Shown one piece after another: positions 56,315 through 64,000 of a DNA stretch of 64,000 nt (position 1 is the stretch's first letter; every line of letters starts with the position of its first letter). The notes under the pieces were generated by a model. That model saw only the letters and a list, made by a program, of their open reading frames with translations, was not told the origin of the DNA and searched no databases. This DNA is from Candidatus Hadarchaeales archaeon (lineage in GTDB: Archaea; Hadarchaeota; Hadarchaeia; Hadarchaeales; WYZ-LMO6). Made by a program: the position numbers and the translations under genes. Location: NCBI GenBank assembly GCA_038851755.1, contig JAWCKR010000002.1, positions 1 to 64,000 of the forward strand, read 5' to 3'.

Positions 56315-57465
56315 GCGAGGGCCTCCGCCAGCAGCTCGCTCAGGTCCTTCACCTCCATTCCTCCCCTCTCCCTGCTGGCGTCTTCAAGGTTCCTCTTGCA
56401 GAAGGGACACGAGGAGACCAGCACCTCGGCCCCCGTCCTCTCAGCCTCCTCCAGGCGCCTGGAGGCCGACCAGAGGGCGAAGTCCGGGAAGGCGGCCTTC
56501 ACCCCGCTCCCTGCCCCACAGCACCAGGAGTTCTCCCTGGACCTCTTCATCTCCACGAAGTTGCCGGAGAGCCTGCGCAGGAGTTCCCTGGGGGGATCGT
56601 ACACCCCCATCCCCCTCCCCAGGTGGCAGGGATCGTGGTAGGTGACCTTTGCACCGTTCCCCCGCAGTCCCCTGCCTGCGAGGACCCTCAGGAGGTACTG
56701 GCTCGTGTGCAGGAGTTCGAGCCCGAGTTCTCCCCCCAGGAGCTTCGGGTAATCCCTGGAGAAGGTCCGGTAGCAGCCGGCGCAGGAGAAGACCACCCTT
56801 CGGGCACCCGCCTTCCTGAGCGCCTCCAGGTTGTGCTCGGCGAGCTCCCTGGCCAGCTTTCTCTGCCCGGTGCGGAGGAGGGGGGAACCGCAGCACCACT
56901 CCTCCTCCCCCAGCAGGGCGAAGGGCTCCCCGGAGCGGAGGAGCACCTCCACCGTGGCCCTCGCGATCTCCTTCTGGCGGTAGGAGGAGGTGCAGCCCAC
57001 GAAGTAGACCGTCTCTCCCCGGGTGGGCACCTCTTGCTCGAGCCAGGAGGTCCTCTCCCCGTGTTTTTCCCCGTAGGGGTTCCGGTTCTTTTCGATGCTC
57101 CTGGCGTAGGACTTCTGCTTGGGCAGGGGGCCGTATCCCCTCTCCACGAGCCTGGCCTTCAGCTCCTCGAAGACCTCCACGTGGTCCACCTTCAGACCGG
57201 TGAGACCATGGCACTGGGCGTGGCAGGCTCCGCACCCTAGGTCGCTGAAGAGGATCTGGAGGGTTCGGTCGGAGGGCTTCAGCTCGCCGGACAGGAGGGC
57301 CCTGGCCACCTCCATCTTCCCGGAGGCGGAGAAGGACTCGAACCCGAAATAGGCGTAGGAGGGGCAGAGGGGCAGCCACTCGTCCAGGGCGTGCCAGTCG
57401 GCGAAGTTGCAGAGGTGGCAGTGAAGGCAGTGGTAGAGCTCCCTGAGAAGCTCCGCGGGCTTCAT
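56311..57465 (-). CDS. HdrD/GlpC-like Fe-S CCG-domain protein, paralog of 33606-34832
   Basis: CLHCHLC, VGC..WCCGSP..SCAGC, HDPCH..WCCGAG..SCPFC. Confidence 0.9.
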   Translation of the reverse strand: MKPAELLRELYHCLHCHLCNFADWHALDEWLPLCPSYAYFGFESFSASGKMEVARALLSGELKPSDRTLQILFSDLGCGACHAQCHGLTGLKVDHVEVFEELKARLVERGYGPLPKQKSYARSIEKNRNPYGEKHGERTSWLEQEVPTRGETVYFVGCTSSYRQKEIARATVEVLLRSGEPFALLGEEEWCCGSPLLRTGQRKLARELAEHNLEALRKAGARRVVFSCAGCYRTFSRDYPKLLGGELGLELLHTSQYLLRVLAGRGLRGNGAKVTYHDPCHLGRGMGVYDPPRELLRRLSGNFVEMKRSRENSWCCGAGSGVKAAFPDFALWSASRRLEEAERTGAEVLVSSCPFCKRNLEDASRERGGMEVKDLSELLAEALA

Positions 57466-57573
57466 CCGCCTTCCTTCCCCCTCTTGCCTAAAAAGATTTG
57501 GTTAGTTTCACGTTCGGGAAAACATAGGGAGGTGCCTGGACGCTGGGGAAAAGGTCAGGGTCGGCGAGTCCTT

Positions 57574-58905
57574 TCAGGCCGTCACCACTTCCTGCACCAG
57601 CTCTCCCAGGGTCTCCAGCACCCTCCTCTTCACTCCTTCCGGGTTCCCCCTCATCCTTATCCAAGTCCTGCCCCTGAAGAGTCTCTCCCTCAGGATCCTT
57701 CCGGCCTCGTCGTCCATGCCTGGACTCACCCTCACCAGGTAGAGTCCGGAACTTTCCTCCCTTCCCCCAGACTTCTCCAGCAGTCCATCGGCGTCCCCGT
57801 CCACCAGCCCCAGCACGGGGATGCCCAGCCTGGAGAGGATTTCGTGCGTTATGGTGGTGGTGTCGTCCCCCACCGCCACCACCAGTCCTGCTCCCTGGGC
57901 CCTTTCCAGCGCGGTGTCGGCCCTCTCCACCAGAACCACCCTGTCTCCCTTCTTCCCCAGCTTGGCCCTGGCAGAGGGGATGTGGAGGGTGCGCAGGGTC
58001 TTGACGGTGGCTCTGGTCAGGTCCACCTTCCCCACCTTCTGGATACCCCTGGGATACTTCTTCCCCCCCACTATCTCCTCCAGCCTGCCCCCCCTGGCCA
58101 CCAGCGTTACCTCATGGGAGAGGCTCTCGCCCACCACGTATCCGTTCACCAGGATTTTCTCACCGGGACGAACCCCCACCAAAGCTCGGTAGATCCTTCC
58201 TCCCTTCCTCTCGATCCCCCCGGTGAAGGGAGGGGGGAGCCTGAAGTCGAGAGAGAGGGAAGCGGCCAGCTTCCTGCTCAGGGAGGGGTCCCCCGCCCAG
58301 TGAATGACCGCCCCCTTTCCCGCCACCTCCACCTGGGTGAGGGGGATTCGGAGGAGCCTCACCAGTCTGGCGTTCTCCACGATTTTCCTCCCCATGTGAA
58401 ACCCGTTCTCGAGGGACTTGCACCCCGTGAGGAGGATGAGGAGGTCGGGGTTCTCGAGACTCAGCTCGTCCAGCGCCTGGCTGGGCAGAAGGGAGGTGCC
58501 TATCTCCCCCCTTTCACCCCAGCCGCGGTCGAGGGCGGCCACCCTTCCCATGGCCCCGCTGATCCGGATTTTTGTCCTGACACCCCACTCCTCCAGCAGG
58601 TGTAGGATCCGATCGGCCATACCCTCGTCTATGGGTTTCGGTCCCTGGAGCACCATCCCCGCCTGAAGGATTTCCCCTGAGGTTCTCACCCGGTGCAGGG
58701 GGATGGGCTTCCACTCGCACAGGAAGACCGCTCCTCCCTCCGCCCTTATCTCGTCCAGCAGGCGGAGGAGTTCCTCGTCGACCGCGGGGAGGAGCCAGGT
58801 GGAGCGCTGGATGGGAAGGCCGCCCTTCCTGCGGAGGAGCCTGACGAGGCGCACCCTGGCCCCCCGCCTGTCGATCTCCGGCCTTATGTCGTAGAAGAGG
58901 AGCAA
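57574..58905 (-). CDS. DUF2117-family protein with an extra N-terminal Cas2/ChrB-N/PaaX-like domain
   Basis: N-terminus LLFYDI..RVRLVRLLRRKGGLPIQRSTWLLP, then GPKPIDEG, GAMGRVAALD, PSQ, CKS, PGEKILVNG, GDDTT, VDGDADG. Confidence 0.7.
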   Translation of the reverse strand: MLLFYDIRPEIDRRGARVRLVRLLRRKGGLPIQRSTWLLPAVDEELLRLLDEIRAEGGAVFLCEWKPIPLHRVRTSGEILQAGMVLQGPKPIDEGMADRILHLLEEWGVRTKIRISGAMGRVAALDRGWGERGEIGTSLLPSQALDELSLENPDLLILLTGCKSLENGFHMGRKIVENARLVRLLRIPLTQVEVAGKGAVIHWAGDPSLSRKLAASLSLDFRLPPPFTGGIERKGGRIYRALVGVRPGEKILVNGYVVGESLSHEVTLVARGGRLEEIVGGKKYPRGIQKVGKVDLTRATVKTLRTLHIPSARAKLGKKGDRVVLVERADTALERAQGAGLVVAVGDDTTTITHEILSRLGIPVLGLVDGDADGLLEKSGGREESSGLYLVRVSPGMDDEAGRILRERLFRGRTWIRMRGNPEGVKRRVLETLGELVQEVVTA

Positions 58906-58943
58906 ACCCCCACCCTTTTTTCCCAGGTCCTCTACTCTTCAGG

Positions 58944-59423
58944 ATGGGGGCGGAGATAAAGGTTGAGCGGCTTCTCCCCTCCGATGCTCCCGAGATAGAG
59001 AGGCTCTTCAGGGAAGTCTGGCCCAAAGCCACGGAGTACCCGGAGGAGTGGAGGAGGAAGAGGACCCTCCCGAAGGAAAAGATTTTAGAGGAGATGGAAA
59101 AAGGAGTTTATTATTTCGGCGTCAGGAAGGAGGGAAAGCTCGTGGGAGTGTACAAGGCGGTGCCGCTGGGCGAAGAGGTGCTCGGGGAGCACCAGGCGGT
59201 GGCCCCCGAGTGGAGGGGGAAGGGACTCGCCATCGCCATGTACCGTCAGCTGCTCGAGTTCGCGAAGGAGAGGGGCTTCAAGAGGGTGGTGGTGAACATC
59301 CTCCCCGACCAGGTCCCCAGCAGGAAGTGCGTGGATCAGCTGGGGTTCAGGAAGAGGGGAAGTCCCTGGGAGCAGGAGAAGGGGATGTGGGTGCAGACCT
59401 ACGAGAAGGAGGTGGAGGGTTGA
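58944..59423 (+). CDS. GNAT acetyltransferase
   Basis: AVAPEWRGKGLA acetyl-CoA loop, QLGF. Confidence 0.88.
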   Translation: MGAEIKVERLLPSDAPEIERLFREVWPKATEYPEEWRRKRTLPKEKILEEMEKGVYYFGVRKEGKLVGVYKAVPLGEEVLGEHQAVAPEWRGKGLAIAMYRQLLEFAKERGFKRVVVNILPDQVPSRKCVDQLGFRKRGSPWEQEKGMWVQTYEKEVEG

Positions 59424-59977
59424 GGAGGGAGGCCAGGAAAGGGCTCAAGGACCTCTTCTCCATGCAGGGGGAGGATCCGGAGTTCCTGCGGGGGCTGAGG
59501 GAGGAGATCGGGGACCAGGAGCCAGATGTCTGCTTCCAGTGCATGAGGTGCACGAGCGGCTGTGATGCCTTCAAGTTCCAGAAGGGATACAAGCCCCACC
59601 AGCTCGTGGGCTTCGCCAGGCTTGGGCTGAAGGAGAGGATGGTGGGCTCGGAGGTGATATGGAACTGCACCACCTGCTCCTACTGCAAGGAGGTCTGTCC
59701 GCAGCGCGTGGCGCCGGTGGATGTGGTGAAGGCGGCCAGGAGGATGGCCGTGAGGGAGGGGAGAGCGGTGGAGGACCACAGGAAGATCGCGGGCTACCTG
59801 ATCAAGACGGGCCACCTGGTGCCCGTGAACGACACGGTGAGGGGGTTGAGGGAGAAGCTGGGTCTGCCCGGCACTCCACCCACCACCCACGCCTCCCAGA
59901 AGGCCCTGGAGGAGGTGAGGGAGCTGGTGAAGCGCACGGGCTTCGTGAAGCTGCTGGGGGAGGGAAAGGATGGTTAA
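59420..59977 (+). CDS. hdrC: Heterodisulfide reductase subunit C
   Basis: CFQCMRCTSGC, WNCTTCSYCKEVCPQ, TGHLVP, PPTTH; TTG overlaps the GNAT stop. Confidence 0.88.
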   Translation: MRREARKGLKDLFSMQGEDPEFLRGLREEIGDQEPDVCFQCMRCTSGCDAFKFQKGYKPHQLVGFARLGLKERMVGSEVIWNCTTCSYCKEVCPQRVAPVDVVKAARRMAVREGRAVEDHRKIAGYLIKTGHLVPVNDTVRGLREKLGLPGTPPTTHASQKALEEVRELVKRTGFVKLLGEGKDG

Positions 59978-60857
59978 GGGAGAGTACGCTTTCTACCTGG
60001 GCTGCATCACCCCCAACAGGTATCCGGGCATAGAGGCCGCCACCAGGAAGGTCTTCGAGCGGCTGGGGATAAGGCTCAGGGATATGGAGGGTGCTTCCTG
60101 CTGTCCTGCCCCCGGGGTGGTGGGGTCCTTCGATGCTCTCACCTGGCTCGTGCTGGGGGCGAGGAACCTCTCCATCGCCGAGGGGATGGGACTGGACGTG
60201 CTCACCGTGTGCAACGGTTGCTTCGACACCCTCTTCGAGGTGAACAGGGTGCTGAAGGAGGATCCGGAGCTCAGACGCAGGGTGAACGAGCTTCTCGCGG
60301 GGGTGGGGAGGAGCTACGGGGCCACGATAGAGGTTCACCACTTCACGAAGGTACTCCACGACTACGGGGTGAAGGAGCTCAAGAAGCATGTCAGGAGACC
60401 CCTTGGCCTGAAGGTGGCGGTGCACTACGGCTGCCACCTCCTCCGTCCCTCGGAGCACAAGGGCATAGACAACCCCCTGGCGCCCAGGCTGGTGGACGAG
60501 CTGGTGGAGGCGCTCGGATGTGAGAGCGTGGACTATCCGAGCAGGCTCATGTGCTGCGGTGCGGGGGGAGGGGTGAGGTCGGCCTTCCTGAAGTACTCCC
60601 TGGAGTTCACCAGGAAGAAACTGCAGGAGCTGAAGGAGAGGGGGGTGGACTGTCTGGTGGATGTCTGTTCCTTCTGCCACCTGCAGTTCGACAGGGGACA
60701 GAAGGAAATAGAGAACCTCTTCGGGGAGACCTTCGGGATGCCGGTGGTGCACTACTCCCAGCTCCTAGGTCTGGCCATGGGGATGGCCCCCGCCGAGCTG
60801 GGGATGGATGCCCACGCCGTTTCCTGTGAGCCCCTCCTCAAGAAGCTGGGTCTCTGA
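59970..60857 (+). CDS. hdrB: Heterodisulfide reductase subunit B
   Basis: GCITPNRYPGIE, SCCPAPG, CNGC, HYGCHLLRP, CCGAGGGVRS, CSFCHLQFD. Confidence 0.93.
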   Translation: MVKGEYAFYLGCITPNRYPGIEAATRKVFERLGIRLRDMEGASCCPAPGVVGSFDALTWLVLGARNLSIAEGMGLDVLTVCNGCFDTLFEVNRVLKEDPELRRRVNELLAGVGRSYGATIEVHHFTKVLHDYGVKELKKHVRRPLGLKVAVHYGCHLLRPSEHKGIDNPLAPRLVDELVEALGCESVDYPSRLMCCGAGGGVRSAFLKYSLEFTRKKLQELKERGVDCLVDVCSFCHLQFDRGQKEIENLFGETFGMPVVHYSQLLGLAMGMAPAELGMDAHAVSCEPLLKKLGL

Positions 60858-60894
60858 GGAAAAACTTTTTAGCGGAGGAGGGAGGGGAGAGAGA

Positions 60895-62085
60895 ATGCGC
60901 GAAGTGGCCGTGGTGGGGATAGGACACACCAAGTTCGGGAAGTGGGAGAACAGGACGGGGATAGAGCTCTTTTGCGAGGCCGCCCAGCAGGCCATGGAGG
61001 AGGCGGGGGTTGAGGGAGGGGAGGTGGAGGCTCTCTTCGTGGGCTCGGCCCTGGGCGATTTCGAGGAGGGCCAGGCCATGATCCAGGCCCAGTGCCGCGC
61101 GGAGCTGGGCCTCGGCCTCATCCCCTGCACGCGCTTCGAGGGAGCCTGTGCCTCCTCCACGGTGGCGGTGAGGGACGCCTGGATGTGGGTGGCCTCCGGG
61201 GCCTACGACCTGGTCCTGGTGGGTGGGACGGAGAGGGTCCTGCCCATGGGTACTCCCCTGGCCACCCGGACCTTCGCCATGGCCATGCACTCCACCTACG
61301 AGGTGCCCGCCGGTCTGACCTTCCCCGGGGTCTTCGCGCTGGTGGCGAGGCTCTACTCCAGGGTCTACGGCCTGCCCCTGGAGAGGCTCAGGGAGCAGAT
61401 GGCCCATGTCTCCATCCAGAACCACAGGCACGGCGCCAGGAACCCGCTGGGTCAGTTCTACGGGAAGTACGAGAACCTGAAGGTGGAGGAGGTCCTGAAC
61501 TCCAGGATGGTCTGCGATCCCATCACCCTCCTAGACTGCTGCCCCTTCACGGATGGGGCCGCGGCCCTCCTGCTTTGCGCCGGTGAGAAGGCCAGGAAGT
61601 ACACGGACACCCCCGTTTACGTCCTGGGTACGGGACAGGGGGCGGGAGGTCCCATGGCCCTCTTCGAGGAGGAGCTGGTGAAGCCGCCCTCGAGGGTCTC
61701 CTCGGCCAGGATGGCCTTCAAGCAGGCTCGCCTGGAACCGAAGGACATCCAGGTGCTGGAGCTCCACGACTGCTTCACCACCGCGGAGATCGTGGCCCTG
61801 GAGGCGATGGGGTTCTTCCCCGAGGGGAAGGCGGGGGAGGCCGTGGTGGAGGGGCAGACGGAGGTAGGTGGGAAGATCCCCACCAACATGTCTGGCGGCC
61901 TGCTGGGAAAGGGGCATCCCATAGGGGCCACGGGGGCCTCGCAGGTGTGCATGATCGTGCAGCAGCTGAGGGGAGAGGCGCCGAAGGGGAACCAGGTGGA
62001 TCCCGTCCCCGAGGTGGGGATGGTGGACACCATGGGCGGAGCCTACGGTACCCTCTGCCACCTCATCCTGGGGAGGAGAGGATGA
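60895..62085 (+). CDS. Archaeal-type thiolase
   Basis: GIGHTKFG, EGACASS, CCPFTDGAAA, ELHDCFT, SGGLLGKGHPIGATG. Confidence 0.93.
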   Translation: MREVAVVGIGHTKFGKWENRTGIELFCEAAQQAMEEAGVEGGEVEALFVGSALGDFEEGQAMIQAQCRAELGLGLIPCTRFEGACASSTVAVRDAWMWVASGAYDLVLVGGTERVLPMGTPLATRTFAMAMHSTYEVPAGLTFPGVFALVARLYSRVYGLPLERLREQMAHVSIQNHRHGARNPLGQFYGKYENLKVEEVLNSRMVCDPITLLDCCPFTDGAAALLLCAGEKARKYTDTPVYVLGTGQGAGGPMALFEEELVKPPSRVSSARMAFKQARLEPKDIQVLELHDCFTTAEIVALEAMGFFPEGKAGEAVVEGQTEVGGKIPTNMSGGLLGKGHPIGATGASQVCMIVQQLRGEAPKGNQVDPVPEVGMVDTMGGAYGTLCHLILGRRG

Positions 62086-62480
62086 GACTCTACTCCGTGG
62101 ATTACGAGCGGGGACTGAAGGAGGGGAAGCTGCTGGGACTGAAGTGCCAGGACTGCGGTGCCGTCACCTGCCCTCCCATGGCGGCATGCCGCAAGTGCGG
62201 GAGCAGGAGGCTGGAGGCGGTGGAGCTGAGCGGCAGGGGTGAGCTGATGACCTTCACCGTGATAAGGGTCCCACCGGAGGGCATGGAGGGTCCGTACATC
62301 GTCTGTCTGGTGAGGACGGAGGAGGGGCCCTGGGTGATGGGAAGGCTGGAGGCGGAAGGAGAGGCGGAGCAGGAGTGGCTGGGGAGGAGGGTGAGGCTGT
62401 CCGGGGCATACGTCTGGTCGGATAAGTACTCTTCCGGGGAGAGGGTGAGTCCAGTCTTCAGGCTGGAGGGGGGGAGATAA
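62082..62480 (+). CDS. DUF35 Zn-ribbon/OB-fold thiolase partner
   Basis: KLLGLKCQDCG..CPP..CRKCGS, SGRGEL.TFTVI, PY. Confidence 0.9.
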   Translation: MRLYSVDYERGLKEGKLLGLKCQDCGAVTCPPMAACRKCGSRRLEAVELSGRGELMTFTVIRVPPEGMEGPYIVCLVRTEEGPWVMGRLEAEGEAEQEWLGRRVRLSGAYVWSDKYSSGERVSPVFRLEGGR

Positions 62481-62529
62481 CCCCCACGATAAGGTTAAAT
62501 ATGGGTCGAGAGTAATAAGTCGGTCCAAA

Positions 62530-63057
62530 ATGGCGGGCATAACCGATCAGCTCAGGGCAACCAAACCCCAACCGGAGCTGGTGGATAAGTTCTATGGGGT
62601 GGTGGAGAAACTCAAGCTGGAAAACCCCTTCCACTGCTTCCAGTGCTTCAAGTGCACCAGCGGTTGCACCTCCTTCAGGCTCACGGAGATCATGCCTCAC
62701 TCCTTCGTGAACTTCGTCAGGCTGGGGTTCGTGGAGGACATGATGAGGTCGGAGCTCCTCTGGGCCTGCTGCCAGTGCCTGAAGTGCAAGGAGAGGTGCC
62801 CGCAGGAAGTTGCTCCCGTGGACGTGATCTTCCTCCTGAGGAGGATGACGGTGAGCTCGGGGGCGGAGATACCCGAGGACCTCTCCAAGATCATCATGAG
62901 CGTGACCGAGACGGGCTTCATCCAGGGGATCCAGAAGGTGAAGGTGGGAGAGGCTTCCGTGGACAGGGAGCAGCTCGGTCTGCCACCGATAGACCTGCCC
63001 GATCCCGCCAAGTTCAGCTCCGTCCTCATGAAGGCCATGGAGGAGCAGATAGAATGA
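62530..63057 (+). CDS. hdrC: Heterodisulfide reductase subunit C-like (second copy)
   Basis: CFQCFKCTSGC, WACCQCLKCKERCPQ. Confidence 0.85.
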   Translation: MAGITDQLRATKPQPELVDKFYGVVEKLKLENPFHCFQCFKCTSGCTSFRLTEIMPHSFVNFVRLGFVEDMMRSELLWACCQCLKCKERCPQEVAPVDVIFLLRRMTVSSGAEIPEDLSKIIMSVTETGFIQGIQKVKVGEASVDREQLGLPPIDLPDPAKFSSVLMKAMEEQIE

Positions 63058-63923
63058 AGATCGCCCTCTACCCCGGGTGCGTGGCGGCCACCGAACAGTA
63101 CGCCTGCGAGCTGGCCACCCGCGAGGTCCTCCGCGAGCTGGGAGTGGAGGTGGTGGAGGTCCCCGGCTTCTCCTGCTGCGGCTGGCCCCTGCAGAACGTG
63201 GGAACGGTGGGGTGGGTGTACCTGGCGGCCAGGAACATGGCCCTGGCGGCCGAGAAGGGAGTGGGTCTGGTCACCCTGTGCAACGTGTGCAACAGGATGT
63301 TCTACGAGGCCAAGGCCCTGATGGCGGCGAATCCCGAGCTCCGCGAGAAGATTTCCTCCCTCCTGAAGGAGGAGGGCAGGAAGCCCCTCGACGGGGTGGA
63401 GATCCTTCACCCCCTCGAGCTCTTCCACGACAAGATAGGGGTGGAGGAGATAAAGAAGAGGGTGAAGAAGCCCCTGAAGGGGCTGAAGCTGGCGGCGCAC
63501 ACGGGATGTCAGGCCATCCGCCCCAGGCAGCTCAGGTCCATCGACGATCCCGAGCATCCCCAGAAGCTCCCCAGGCTGGTGGAGGCCCTGGGGGCCCAGA
63601 GTCCCCACTACCCCGAGTCGCTCGATTGCTGCGGGGCCTACCTCTTCTACACCAGGAAGGACGCCTCCCTCACGCTGGCCGGGGAGAAGGTGGAGGCGGT
63701 TCAGAACTGGGGATACGACGGTCTGGTGACGGTGTGCTCGAGCGGACACAGGATGCTGGACGGCAAGCAGGATGCCGCGGCCACCACGATAGGGAAGGCC
63801 CTGAACCTGCCCGTGGTCTACTACACCCAGTTGCTCGGTCTGGCCATGGGTCTGGCCCCGGAGAAGCTGGGCCTGCAGCTGAATCGCAGTCCAGTGAAGA
63901 ACCTGGTGGGAAAGATAGGCTGA
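63054..63923 (+). CDS. hdrB: Heterodisulfide reductase subunit B-like (second, divergent copy)
   Basis: YPGC, SCCGWP, CNVC, HTGCQAIRP, DCCGAY, CSSG, YYTQLLGLAMG. Confidence 0.85.
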   Translation: MKIALYPGCVAATEQYACELATREVLRELGVEVVEVPGFSCCGWPLQNVGTVGWVYLAARNMALAAEKGVGLVTLCNVCNRMFYEAKALMAANPELREKISSLLKEEGRKPLDGVEILHPLELFHDKIGVEEIKKRVKKPLKGLKLAAHTGCQAIRPRQLRSIDDPEHPQKLPRLVEALGAQSPHYPESLDCCGAYLFYTRKDASLTLAGEKVEAVQNWGYDGLVTVCSSGHRMLDGKQDAAATTIGKALNLPVVYYTQLLGLAMGLAPEKLGLQLNRSPVKNLVGKIG

Positions 63924-63930
63924 TGGGCTT

Positions 63931-64000
63931 CTGAGGGAGAGCACGGATCCTCAGGAACTCGATGGACTCCTCAGTCCCCGAAGTGTGGCCCTGGTGGGGG
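63931..64000 (+). CDS. 5' fragment of a probable second CoA-binding/acyl-CoA synthetase gene
   Basis: In-frame ELDGLLSPRSVALVG, like the N-terminus of 53464-54915; runs off the window. Confidence 0.55.
   Translation, partial: MRESTDPQELDGLLSPRSVALVG

Noticed and set aside
58690-58905. Stand-alone cas2 gene or CRISPR-Cas locus
   Set aside because: The segment is in frame with DUF2117, and the window has no cas1 or repeat array.
59420-63923. Selenocysteine or pyrrolysine read-through in hdr genes
   Set aside because: The frames are complete, with no in-frame TGA or TAG at conserved positions.
30847-64000. mcrA, mcrB or mcrG catalytic subunits
   Set aside because: No ORF shows their signature motifs, and the space is filled by other genes.

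Overview
GC-rich (roughly 60% by eye), densely coded archaeal chromosome segment, probably from a thermophile. The Thermococcales-like Top6B/ArgS, the Methanobacteriales-like HisF and the MCR accessory genes suggest a Hadarchaeota-like euryarchaeon; this is inference and untested. Positions 1-30.8 kb hold mostly housekeeping genes: two head-to-head LeuA-family paralogs, aIF1A-Rio1-KH-top6BA, AlaDH, EndoQ, lysA, hisHF, glnA, aspS, alba, TFB, tiaS and argS. This half also carries two tRNA genes with two BHB introns each, a small island at tRNA-Asn, a pentameric ligand-gated ion channel gene, and a helically phased array of six palindromes in front of an HTH-wHTH protein and an AAA+ ATPase. Positions 30.8-64 kb form a methyl/alkyl-CoM reductase accessory neighbourhood: two AtwA-type ATPases and a Gln C-methyltransferase-mmp3-6-5-15-17-7-mcrD-mcrC-mmp8 operon, with no mcrA/B/G in the window. 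Interleaved with these are FAD oxidoreductase/CCG Fe-S pairs, a CoA-transferase, an AOR, ADP-forming acyl-CoA synthetases, a thiolase/DUF35 pair and two hdrCB pairs. The highlights are: (i) a tRNA-Asn intron at position 8/9 with a 5' leader able to act as a decoy acceptor strand; (ii) the 21-bp-phased GTAGG-N7-CCTAC array/HTH/AAA+ module; (iii) a candidate route from alkyl-CoM to acyl-CoA; (iv) genes that appear to start at CTG. All protein calls rest on motif recognition by eye; no database searches were run.
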